Source: an uncultured Bacteroidota bacterium (GTDB lineage Bacteria; Bacteroidota; Bacteroidia; Bacteroidales; WCHB1-69). Taken from it: a stretch of 64,000 bases of DNA. The stretch is taken from positions 2,721 through 66,720 of the forward strand of contig CACYHG010000001.1 in assembly GCA_902774175.1 (NCBI GenBank). The letters are read 5' to 3'. How positions within the stretch are numbered: the stretch's first letter is position 1; each line of letters starts with the position of its first letter. This document shows, one piece after another, positions 27,526 through 36,481 of this stretch. The position numbers and the translations under genes are program-made. The notes below the pieces were generated by a model, which was given only the letters and a program-made list of their open reading frames with translations, ran no database searches and was not told where the DNA came from.

Positions 27526-27533
27526 CAAAGATA
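27526..27533 (-). promoter_or_regulatory. -7 promoter element for the ATPase-nuclease gene
   Basis: TATCTTTG(CA), 17 nt upstream of the ATG. Confidence 0.55.
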
Positions 27534-27686
27534 GAAAAAAAATGTACGTAAACCAGCGGTATCTCCAAAAAAAAGTGCGATCCCGCGCGTTTACGGTAAA
27601 TTTTTGACCCGACCACCTGAAATTCATCTGGACACAAAGCGGTAGCGGATGGTGTTCGGATTCATCCCGGCAAATGCCGCTCAAAT

Positions 27687-28040
27687 CTATGGAAATATCA
27701 CATCTTTAAGATCACCCCAGTATGGATCATGTTCGCTGACTCCTATCCGACCCAATTTATTGGAGATTTCGTTATAATCTTTTCCTTCAATACAAAACAA
27801 TCTCTCCAATATGCTGCACAGGTTGTCGTAATTGTATTCTGACATAATGATAGTATAAAGCCCCAAATTAGAACGAGATTCTTTTAATTGATTTTCAATC
27901 CATTTTGGACTGCATACACATACCTGAAAAAGTTCTTCGCCCACTTCACCCTCTATTCCGACAGAGATTTCAATCCAGAATTTGAAAAAGTGTATGTCTT
28001 CCGGTTGATATGAACATAAAGGGTCGTAATCGGCACATAA
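27687..28040 (-). pseudogene. Imm8-like immunity protein, 5'-truncated fragment
   Basis: YQPED..F...ISVGIEGEVGEELFQVCVCSPKW...EYNY...EGKDYNEISNKLGRIG resembles the Imm8 family (recalled consensus). AT-rich; no credible start. Confidence 0.6.
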
Positions 28041-28200
28041 AAAAGAACACCTTCCGGCCGGAACGCGGATGCCGGGCCACATCCAGATAAAGTGTGGAAT
28101 CCCGCTGCACGAATGGAAAGGTCTCCTTAGTCTGGCAGTTGGCTGTCCAAAAGCCAGACAGAAGCAGAAACAAAACAAATTTAAAACGGACTTTTTTCAC
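27970..28200 (-). pseudogene. Orphan 5' end of the esterase (alternative signal peptide plus first 19 mature codons)
   Basis: MKKVRFKFVLFLLLSGFWTANC-QTKETFPFVQRDSTLYLDV, then unrelated sequence. Confidence 0.8.
28078..28134. repeat. 57-bp direct repeat, copy 2
   Basis: Identical to 26100..26156; offset 1978 bp. Confidence 0.95.
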
Positions 28201-28214
28201 GGGAATGGCAATAT

Positions 28215-28574
28215 CTATGAAAGAACCCGCTTCACCTCCTCTTCCGTCAGACGGCGGTAGCGGTGCTGCAAGTCGGCATGGAAGTCCACCTCAAAATACT
28301 CCTCATCGTAAAAGGAGAGTTTGGAGTTGGTGTCGGGGTTGCACTCCCAATAGACAATCTTTTCCAAATCCAGCCCTTTACACGCACAAATCTGCTCCGC
28401 AAGGGACTGCCCCGCATAGGTTACGGATGTCCCCGGATTCTCCTGATACAACTCTATGACTATCACGTATGTCACACCATCCACGCTGCGGATTTTCAGG
28501 CCGCAGCTGGAAGGCATGTCCCATTGTCCCTTGAAATCGAATATCTCGTCGTAATAATGCGAAGGCACTTTCAT
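28215..28574 (-). CDS. Hypothetical protein (119 aa)
   Basis: Clean ORF with host-like codon usage directly downstream of the radical SAM gene; contains QENPGTSVT. Confidence 0.7.
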   Translation of the reverse strand: MKVPSHYYDEIFDFKGQWDMPSSCGLKIRSVDGVTYVIVIELYQENPGTSVTYAGQSLAEQICACKGLDLEKIVYWECNPDTNSKLSFYDEEYFEVDFHADLQHRYRRLTEEEVKRVLS

Positions 28575-28627
28575 TTCACCGCTCCTCCATTTATGTTCAA
28601 AAAGATTCTTTTCTGTTCAAAAACATC

Positions 28628-29917
28628 TTATTTTGTCCCGATGTTCCGTTTCACCTCCTTGCCGAACGAACGGTTGGCCAATTTCCGGTCACGCGGACGG
28701 TAGGTGCCCTCGTTCATCTCGCGCAATGCGACATTGCAGAAGAGACGGAACATCTTGGCCTCCTGGCTCTCCGTGGCATAAAAACTCTTCCATGCATAGT
28801 CATACACATCCTGCAGCTCGTCCGGAGTCATCAGCTTGGGCTGGAACACAACCTGGCCTGCGTTGTAATGGTCCCAGTCGAAATCGAAAATGCGCCCCTG
28901 CCTCAGCAGATCGTCATAGACCTTGGTATGCGGGAATGGCGTGAGCACCGTGAATTCCGCCAGATCCAAATCAATCTCTCCCAAAAAGTCAATCAGCCGC
29001 TTGCAGTCGTCAACCGTCTGGTTGTCCAGACCCAACAGAATGGTCCCCTCCACCCCGATGCCGTAGTCATGGTAGCGTTTCACCCGCTCCTTGATGTAGT
29101 CGGAGGTGTCGTACACCGCCTGATATACATACCATGCACCCGCCTTGGCCGCCAGATCCAGCACCTCAGGGTCATCCTCGATGGTGTGGCTGATCCATTT
29201 CTTTTTCAGCGGCGCGATGGCACGGAACAGCTCCATTTCCCACTCCTTGTTCTGCGCCAATGAGTTGTCCACAATGAAGAGACGGTTGTTGTCGATGGAG
29301 GCCATATCCTCCACCACCTTGTCGATGGGACGGGGACGGAATTTGCGACCGCCCAGATAGGAGACCGCGCAGGGATAGCAGCTGAAACGGCATCCGCGCG
29401 AGGCATGGAACAGGTCCACCATCTGCACCCCCTTATGATTATAGAGTTCCCGCTTGTAAAGGTCTCGCCGGCAGGGACCCACCGATTCAATCGGAGGCTG
29501 CTGCCCCATATAGTTGTACACCTTTTTCAGGCAACCCTTTTTCCAGTCCTCAAACACCTGCTCCTGACGGCCTTCCGACTCACCAAGGAACACGCTGTCC
29601 ACATGATTCACCGTCTCCTCGGCATGAAGCATGGTGGAGATACCTCCCGCCATAACCTGGATGCCGCGCCGGTGGTATTCCTCGGCGATGGCCCAGCCCC
29701 GCTTCACCTGCGTGCTTAGCATCATGCTGAGCGCAACCACGTCACATGGTTCGTCAAAATTGATTTCCTCCACATTCTCATCCGTGAAGGAGACATCCAC
29801 ATATTCCGGCAGAGTGGCCGCAAACGCCACCGGACCGTGAGGCGGCAGGTTGAAGGTGGTCTGCCCTCTCAGCTTCTGCCACTTGGGATATATCAGTTTC
29901 AGCTTTATTCTGTCCAT
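28628..29917 (-). CDS. B12-binding-domain radical SAM protein (class B methyltransferase-like)
   Basis: SRGCRFSCYPC (CxxxCxxC); N-terminal B12-binding-like Rossmann region (DEN...VMAGGI...VFLGESE); LTPFPHT. Confidence 0.85.
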   Translation of the reverse strand: MDRIKLKLIYPKWQKLRGQTTFNLPPHGPVAFAATLPEYVDVSFTDENVEEINFDEPCDVVALSMMLSTQVKRGWAIAEEYHRRGIQVMAGGISTMLHAEETVNHVDSVFLGESEGRQEQVFEDWKKGCLKKVYNYMGQQPPIESVGPCRRDLYKRELYNHKGVQMVDLFHASRGCRFSCYPCAVSYLGGRKFRPRPIDKVVEDMASIDNNRLFIVDNSLAQNKEWEMELFRAIAPLKKKWISHTIEDDPEVLDLAAKAGAWYVYQAVYDTSDYIKERVKRYHDYGIGVEGTILLGLDNQTVDDCKRLIDFLGEIDLDLAEFTVLTPFPHTKVYDDLLRQGRIFDFDWDHYNAGQVVFQPKLMTPDELQDVYDYAWKSFYATESQEAKMFRLFCNVALREMNEGTYRPRDRKLANRSFGKEVKRNIGTK

Positions 29918-29943
29918 TACAATTATATTCTCAAAAAAGAATG

Positions 29944-29951
29944 CAAAATTA
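29944..29951 (-). promoter_or_regulatory. -7 promoter element for the radical SAM gene
   Basis: TAATTTTG(CA). Confidence 0.5.
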
Positions 29952-29973
29952 GTAATTTTTCACACATTCACAT

Positions 29974-32900
29974 TCAGTCCACACATTTATTTTTTATCTC
30001 ACTAATTATGTCCGTCCGTTTCAACAACGCGCAGACGGTGGCAATGGCGGTCAGCGCGACCCCGCACATGCCGTGCAGATTGATGTTCTGGCCCGTGAGA
30101 TACAGATTCTCCACCTTTGTGTAGACCGACAGACGGGAGAGCATCAGATTGTTGCTGTCCCTGTGGAAACCGTACAGGCCACCCTCCCTGTTCCCCAGAT
30201 AATCCCTGATGGTGAGCGGCGAGGAGGTGAAAACCTGCGCAACACTTTGCATAAAGCCTTTCGCAACAGTCTTTTCCATAAATTGCAGCACCTTGTCGGC
30301 CTGCATTTTCTTCCATGCCTCATATTCCTCACCGCGCTTTCCGACACTGCTCTCCTCCCACCTGCGCACCCACGCGAAGGGCATCGGCACTATTATGACC
30401 ATCGTGGCGGCATACCTGGAATCCGTCGCATCCGGCTGTGTCATGCACATCAGGCATTGCGGCCACTTTTCCGGCGGACAGATGCTGTCCGACCAGCCGT
30501 TTCCGGAAGCCGTGACATAGCACGGATGGTTTGTGTGAGGATAGCTGTGCGGCCTGAAACGCACATATACCTTGAATGCCGAATATGATGACGGGATGCT
30601 ATGTATACGCTCCCGATACGAAAGCGGGAATGCCTTAGGGTCAATTATCCGCAACATCTCATCCGGATGCAGGTCGCTGATATAATCGGTCGCCGTATAG
30701 CTTCTGCCATCTCCGGCCTCCACACAAGCCACACGATGCCGGTCCGCACTGATGTGGCGCACCTCCGTCCCCGTCAGCACCTCACCTCCGTTCCGCCTGA
30801 TAAAGCGCACCAGACAATCGGCCAGCTGGCTGCTGCCTTTCAGGAAATAGTGGGAGCCGTTTATATGCAGCACATTTATCAGGGCGTGTATGTATGCGGG
30901 CGTCTCCCCTTTAACACCGGCATACAGCGGGGTGATATATGACAGGAGCGACCGCAGTTTCCCATCATTTATATATTTTGCGACAAACTGGTCGGCAGGC
31001 ATGGTGAACTCATCGCTGTGCAGGGTAAGACGCTCCTCCGACTCGTTCAGATAGAAAAGCTCCTCCTCCTCCGTGAGCCGGTAAAGGGCATCCACGTAGG
31101 CCCTGATGTTGTCCCGTTCATGCGGGAACAGGCCGCCCAAATATTCCACGTATGCGTCACGGCCTTTAGGCAGACGGTAGCGATGCCCGTCAGCAGTGTC
31201 AAATATCTCGTCAAAAGCATCGTCATCGGTGGGGGCAAGATCCAGCTCGTCCATTATCCCCAGATATGAGCAGAGGCACCGCAGCTGCCCTCCGGGCTGG
31301 AAACCGCCGAAGACATGCATCCCTGTCGGGAAGAGCGCTCCGCCGCGACGGAAGCACTGCAGACCGCCGCCCGCCACGCCGTTCTTTTCCAGCACCAGCA
31401 CCCTCTGCCCCGACTTGGCCAGAAGCGCAGCGGCAAACAAACCGCCAAGGCCTCCGCCCATCACCAAAGTGTCCGGCTTCATGACGGCTGGGGAAGCGGC
31501 AGGATAGTGTTTCTCCATCGCACCCACCTCGGCCATGCGCCTGTTCACATATTCCTCACCCAACAGCTGCGCGGCGAGGTTGATGGCTCCGACCATCACG
31601 CCCAATGCTCCATGCGCATTGGTGTTCTGCCCGACCATAAAGAGGTTGTCCAGCTTGGTCCGCCATGAAATCCTCCCCACGACGCCCAAGCCGACATCCT
31701 TGGCCAGGCCGTACATCGAACCGTCAGGTGTGGAGGTGTAGTCGCGGTAGGTCAATGGCGTCGCAGACTCATAAAAGGCGATTTTATCCCCTATCTGCGG
31801 AAAATCGGCGGACAGGGCCGACAACAGCTGACGGGCCTTACGCTCCTTGAAGGCGGCATAATCCGCACCCCTGTGACCGATACCAGTATGTTCCCACTGT
31901 GAAAGCTCATCCGCACCCATATAGGCAAGCACAACGCCGCTCTGCGCGAAACGCTGCCCCTCCTCCATGCAATGATGCATGTAAAGGTAGCCGCGGGGCC
32001 ATGTGGTATCATTGTAATCGAGCATCTCCCACGGGCTGTTGCAGCGGAACCCATAGAAATTGCTGTTCATATAGGGCAGGGCACCCTCCTTGAAACCCAA
32101 AAAGAGCGAAAAGACCGAGGGAGTGTTGTGCATCCGCGCCAGACGATTCCGGAAACTGTTGTGCCAGGAGGCAGCCGGCGACAAAAGGGCAAGCAGGTTG
32201 GAGGGGTGTATGTCGGAGATGAAACAATCTGCAGTATAGGCATCACCCGTATCACATTCGAGCCGTTTTACCGTTTTAGCCTCACAACAGATGCGCACCA
32301 CCTTGCGTCCGGTAATAATCCTTCCGCCGAAATCCTGAATCTCCTCCGCCAATGCCTGTGCGATGCGGTCGCTGCCACCAACCACACGGAAGGCGCTGCT
32401 GTTGTAGAAATCCGCGATAAAGGCATGGGTTGAGAAGGGAGTGACATTCCGCTGTGCCGCATACAGGGCAGCATTCCCCATCAGCACCTCGCGCAGCAAC
32501 GGGTCTGTAATGCACTGTTCCAAAACCCCGTTCACACTGGAGGTGAACAGACTGTTGTCAATATTGCCGGAGAAATTCTCAGGCTTCAAAGTTCGGTATG
32601 GAGTATAGCAGACCACCCTGTCAACCGTCTCCCAATATTTGCGCAAGGCATCGCGCTGTGACGGGAACCGTTCCGCCAGCCGCTCCACCATGGCCTCCCT
32701 CCCGTTGGCGAAGGCGAACCTCCCACCCTGCAGCGAGACAATGTCATAAGCCATGCTGTCCAGACGGGAAAGCGGGATTTTGTCCTTAATGTTCAGAAAA
32801 CGCAGATAGCGGGAAAGCGGCTGTCCTTCGTCGGCACTGCCTATGAAATGCATTCCCGTCTCGAACTTGAAGCCGTTGCGGCTGAAGCATTGCAGGCAGC

Positions 32901-33015
32901 CGCCAATCTGGCTGTGCTGCTCCAGCAATGTCACCCTGTAGCCACCGCGCGCCATGATTGCGCCGGTCACCAGGCCACCCAGACCGCTCCCTATGATCAC
33001 GCAGCTACGAGACAT
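29974..33015 (-). CDS. Tandem fusion of two phytoene-dehydrogenase/retinol-saturase-family FAD oxidoreductases
   Basis: Two Rossmann starts (IIGSGLGGL; VMGGGLGGL), two GGxLQCFxR..F.TGMH motifs, two TPLT/SPLT and GQN..HG C-termini. Confidence 0.88.
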   Translation of the reverse strand: MSRSCVIIGSGLGGLVTGAIMARGGYRVTLLEQHSQIGGCLQCFSRNGFKFETGMHFIGSADEGQPLSRYLRFLNIKDKIPLSRLDSMAYDIVSLQGGRFAFANGREAMVERLAERFPSQRDALRKYWETVDRVVCYTPYRTLKPENFSGNIDNSLFTSSVNGVLEQCITDPLLREVLMGNAALYAAQRNVTPFSTHAFIADFYNSSAFRVVGGSDRIAQALAEEIQDFGGRIITGRKVVRICCEAKTVKRLECDTGDAYTADCFISDIHPSNLLALLSPAASWHNSFRNRLARMHNTPSVFSLFLGFKEGALPYMNSNFYGFRCNSPWEMLDYNDTTWPRGYLYMHHCMEEGQRFAQSGVVLAYMGADELSQWEHTGIGHRGADYAAFKERKARQLLSALSADFPQIGDKIAFYESATPLTYRDYTSTPDGSMYGLAKDVGLGVVGRISWRTKLDNLFMVGQNTNAHGALGVMVGAINLAAQLLGEEYVNRRMAEVGAMEKHYPAASPAVMKPDTLVMGGGLGGLFAAALLAKSGQRVLVLEKNGVAGGGLQCFRRGGALFPTGMHVFGGFQPGGQLRCLCSYLGIMDELDLAPTDDDAFDEIFDTADGHRYRLPKGRDAYVEYLGGLFPHERDNIRAYVDALYRLTEEEELFYLNESEERLTLHSDEFTMPADQFVAKYINDGKLRSLLSYITPLYAGVKGETPAYIHALINVLHINGSHYFLKGSSQLADCLVRFIRRNGGEVLTGTEVRHISADRHRVACVEAGDGRSYTATDYISDLHPDEMLRIIDPKAFPLSYRERIHSIPSSYSAFKVYVRFRPHSYPHTNHPCYVTASGNGWSDSICPPEKWPQCLMCMTQPDATDSRYAATMVIIVPMPFAWVRRWEESSVGKRGEEYEAWKKMQADKVLQFMEKTVAKGFMQSVAQVFTSSPLTIRDYLGNREGGLYGFHRDSNNLMLSRLSVYTKVENLYLTGQNINLHGMCGVALTAIATVCALLKRTDIISEIKNKCVD

Positions 33016-36000
33016 TCCCCTCCCCATTTAAAGTGTAGTGAAGATTGTCAGGCACAATGGCGCAGTTTTTCGCCAGCAGGTAGTCATCCTCATTGTCAAA
33101 ACGGACATCAATCTGTTTATCGGGATGCGCCAACGCCAGCAACAGCGGCTGCTCGCCCTGCCCGGCCTCATAATTCTGCAGCGAAACAGTTTCAGGATGC
33201 GCCAACGCCCTTCTGCACCGTGACGCCACCGCACCACCCTTGTACAGGTACTGGTGGCGCACCAGATAGGCGAAATAGGCTTCGTTCTCCTTCTCGCGAC
33301 GCATGTCAGACAGCTCCGACACAAAACCGTTCCGTACAGTCGCTGCCCATTCACGGGCATCCCCGCCTTTCAGCAAAGTGGCGTCATAACGCCTGCCGAT
33401 GCGGACATCCACCTCACCCTCGCGCAACAGCAGATCGTTTTTCGGCATGACATGCTCCGCTCCATGAATATACACGGGCAGAATGTCCGCCTGCAGCTGC
33501 TGCGCAAGCTGGAACGCCCCCTTGTGGAAACGCCCCGTCCTGCCGTCCACGGAACGGGTCCCTTCCGGGAAAACCATGATCGAATATCCGCGCCGTATCA
33601 GACTCTGCAGCTTCGGGAAATTGTTGTCATACCCGTTGCTTGCCGGATAGAACTCGGCATAACGGATAATGATGCCGTACACCGGATTGCGCCACACCCA
33701 GTCGTTGGTGATGATCACAATCTTCGGATTCAGCATCAGTATGCAGAGCAGGTCAAGATGCGACTGGTGGTTGGCCACAATGACCGCCGGCTTTGAAAAA
33801 TCCTCACCCGTCACATTCTCCAGATTGAAACGGACACCTGGGAGATGCCTCGTGGCAAAACGGGTGAAACGGTTTATCATCCGGTGAAAACGCAGCCGCT
33901 TGGCTTCGCTATCCTTTCCTATAAATTTGTATATCAATGTATATGGGGTCACAAAGACAAAAGCGGCGATAAAAAAGACAAACAGCGTGACAAAGGTGTA
34001 CAAAAGCCGCTTGAGCGTGACAGGAACCTGACGCACCTTACCCTTCTTAACGGTCATCCAGCGGTAGATGAGCGGAGGCAGGTAGCAGGCCATCAACACA
34101 ACGGTGGCCATACCGATGACGGCAACCTCAGCCAAAGAGCGCATGGCAGGGTGCCTTGCGAAAATCAGCGTGCCGATGCCGATGAACATGAGCACACCTG
34201 AAATGATGACGCTGCGGCGGTATGAACGCAGTCTTTTTTTGCCGTAGGCATATTCGTACATAAGCCCTTCGGTGATGAAGATGGTGTAATCGTCCCCCTG
34301 GCCGAAGATGAAGGTGGCCAGAATAATATTGACAATGTTGAATTTCACGGCAAAGATGTCCATCAGCCCCAAAATCCAGAGCCATCCCACCGTCAGCGGC
34401 AGGAAGGAGAGCAGCGCGAGCTCTACTCTTCCCAAAGAGAGCCATAGGAAGAAAAAGACAACAAAGCCGCACATGTACAATATATAATTGAAATCGTCGC
34501 TGAGCGCATTCACCAACCGGCTCCCGACGCTGGAGGCGTCAAAGGCGAATGTTCCCTCCTCTCCACGCCGCGACACAGACTCCTGCAACGCAACCGTTTC
34601 CGACGGTGCGGCATGTGCGAACGTGACTATGCTGACACTGTCCCCCTGCCGCAGCATGTAGTTGCCGCAAACGGACTGCAGCAGCGTCATCTCCCCAACA
34701 GGGACCTCAGAATAATCCCGTTGTAGTGTTGAAATGAAAGCGTCAAAGGCATTCGGGGTGAAGCCGCAACGCTGCGCCTCAGCCTGCAACTGCCGTTCAA
34801 GATCGGGACAGGCTTCCCTGAAGCCGCGCCAATTCTCCAATGCCTGACGCTGCCTCTGCGGGGAGGGCATCAAGCCATTCATGCCGGAAAGCGCAATTCC
34901 GGCAGTCATGCGGCCATCCAGACTGTCCCATAACAATTCATTTGTGCGCAAAGCCTGTTCCAAATCCGCACCTTTGGCCACAATATAGACCGTTCCGGAA
35001 GCGGTGTCGGACTGCAGTCCTGAAAGCAGATCCAGATCGCCACGCTGCTCCGCCGTCATATAGTTTATGTTGTGCAGGTCGGCATCGAACGAGGTGCCGG
35101 TGCTGAAATATCCGAAAACTGCAGTCAGCAGCAGGACAGGCACCAATGCCCGACGGGCCCATTTTGAAGTTCCGCCTCCGCGTTCCGCAACCTTTTCCAA
35201 CTCCAGACGCCGCCCCGCCCTTTCGCGCATTCCCGGCTTGGCAAGCAGCGGCAGGAACAGCATCACAAACAGGATGCAGCCTATCAGCAGCAACGCCCCG
35301 AACAGGCCGAGGTCGCGCATGGCCTCCGCCCGCACAAAAAGCAGGCAGGCGAACGCACTTACAGTGGTTATGTTCCCCGTCACCAACGGATCAACCATAT
35401 CCTTCAGGGTTTCGCGCCTGTCGGGATGCTCCCGCAGATGGTCCAGGAAATGCAGCGGATAATTAACCGCAATGCCCACCAGCACCGAACCTATCCCAAT
35501 CACAATTATGGAAATGTCAGGCTTGAAAAGGGCAATCATACCCAAGGCGAAAAGCCAGCCGAAAAGTATGGAGAAGGCTATCCAGAAAATATTGCGTTTC
35601 CGCCCCATCACCCTCCACAGCACCAGCATTATCAGCACGATGGCTATAGCCATGGAGATGAGGCTGTCCCTCTTTATCTGCGAAGCGTTGCTGACTGCAA
35701 TCAGCGGAGCCCCGACCGCCGACACAACCACACCCTCCACCTCCGCGCTGACTTGGCCGGAGACGCTCTTGAGCTCCTTGTCAAGACGGGCGTTGTTTTT
35801 GGTGTCGTTTGAGGAATATGGAGTCTTTACAAAAGCAAAAGCATATCTGTCATTTTCATCGAGCAGGTAGCCCTCCTCAACCTTATAGGCATCGGACTGG
35901 CTCAAGCCGGCCAGCCGCTGCAACGCGGGCGAGAAAAGGTTGAGCGGATCGTTGACCACCGCCTCCCTCGCCATCGGCGGCATCGGGAATGAGACCATCC

Positions 36001-36481
36001 GCTTCACATTCCGCATACAGGTGGCCAAGTAATCCGGCTGCGAAAGCAGCGAATCGATGCGCCTGTAGTCGGCCGGAGTGAGGAAAATGGCGATATGTTT
36101 CCGGATGTAATCCATGGCATCCGCAATCTCCGTCTCCTCCATCCTGACTGTCAGGAGAGCGGCAGTATCCACCTGCGCCCATTTCTCCTCAAAAAGATCC
36201 ACAGCCTCCATAAGCTGCATGCGCCGCTCCTCACCGTCAGGGAAAAGGGAGCTGTCCGCCTTGAACAGGACAACTATCTGCGAATTGTCGCCCAAAGCGT
36301 TATATATTTCCGTATAACGGCGGTTCTGCGCATCCTGAGGCAGAAAATCGGCCGCATTCTCCTTGTAGCGGAGCCGGAGACTCAACAGCATGGACGCAAA
36401 CAGACAGACAAGCAGCAGCATAACGGCAAGCCATCTGCGCCTGCTGAGGAAATCATAAATTGAAAGAAAAAACTTAGTCAT
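33005..36481 (-). CDS. MMPL-family transporter fused to a PlsC-type acyltransferase (plus degenerate C-terminal domain)
   Basis: Two TM bundles with GIAVNY / GQGDDY motifs; NHQSHLD and FPEGTRS acyltransferase motifs. Confidence 0.88.
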   Translation of the reverse strand: MTKFFLSIYDFLSRRRWLAVMLLLVCLFASMLLSLRLRYKENAADFLPQDAQNRRYTEIYNALGDNSQIVVLFKADSSLFPDGEERRMQLMEAVDLFEEKWAQVDTAALLTVRMEETEIADAMDYIRKHIAIFLTPADYRRIDSLLSQPDYLATCMRNVKRMVSFPMPPMAREAVVNDPLNLFSPALQRLAGLSQSDAYKVEEGYLLDENDRYAFAFVKTPYSSNDTKNNARLDKELKSVSGQVSAEVEGVVVSAVGAPLIAVSNASQIKRDSLISMAIAIVLIMLVLWRVMGRKRNIFWIAFSILFGWLFALGMIALFKPDISIIVIGIGSVLVGIAVNYPLHFLDHLREHPDRRETLKDMVDPLVTGNITTVSAFACLLFVRAEAMRDLGLFGALLLIGCILFVMLFLPLLAKPGMRERAGRRLELEKVAERGGGTSKWARRALVPVLLLTAVFGYFSTGTSFDADLHNINYMTAEQRGDLDLLSGLQSDTASGTVYIVAKGADLEQALRTNELLWDSLDGRMTAGIALSGMNGLMPSPQRQRQALENWRGFREACPDLERQLQAEAQRCGFTPNAFDAFISTLQRDYSEVPVGEMTLLQSVCGNYMLRQGDSVSIVTFAHAAPSETVALQESVSRRGEEGTFAFDASSVGSRLVNALSDDFNYILYMCGFVVFFFLWLSLGRVELALLSFLPLTVGWLWILGLMDIFAVKFNIVNIILATFIFGQGDDYTIFITEGLMYEYAYGKKRLRSYRRSVIISGVLMFIGIGTLIFARHPAMRSLAEVAVIGMATVVLMACYLPPLIYRWMTVKKGKVRQVPVTLKRLLYTFVTLFVFFIAAFVFVTPYTLIYKFIGKDSEAKRLRFHRMINRFTRFATRHLPGVRFNLENVTGEDFSKPAVIVANHQSHLDLLCILMLNPKIVIITNDWVWRNPVYGIIIRYAEFYPASNGYDNNFPKLQSLIRRGYSIMVFPEGTRSVDGRTGRFHKGAFQLAQQLQADILPVYIHGAEHVMPKNDLLLREGEVDVRIGRRYDATLLKGGDAREWAATVRNGFVSELSDMRREKENEAYFAYLVRHQYLYKGGAVASRCRRALAHPETVSLQNYEAGQGEQPLLLALAHPDKQIDVRFDNEDDYLLAKNCAIVPDNLHYTLNGEGNVS

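Noticed and set aside
27540-27686. Possible gene remnant (AAFAGMNPNTIRYRFVSR-stop on the minus strand) or ncRNA
   Set aside because: Too short to assign; no convincing structure or motif.
27687-28178. 163-aa ORF as a real full-length gene
   Set aside because: Its N-terminal ~45 aa read through the 57-bp repeat in the wrong frame; only the C-terminal Imm8-like part looks genuine.
29974-33015. Carotenoid biosynthesis (crtI)
   Set aside because: No phytoene synthase or cyclase genes nearby; the context is a type II PKS.
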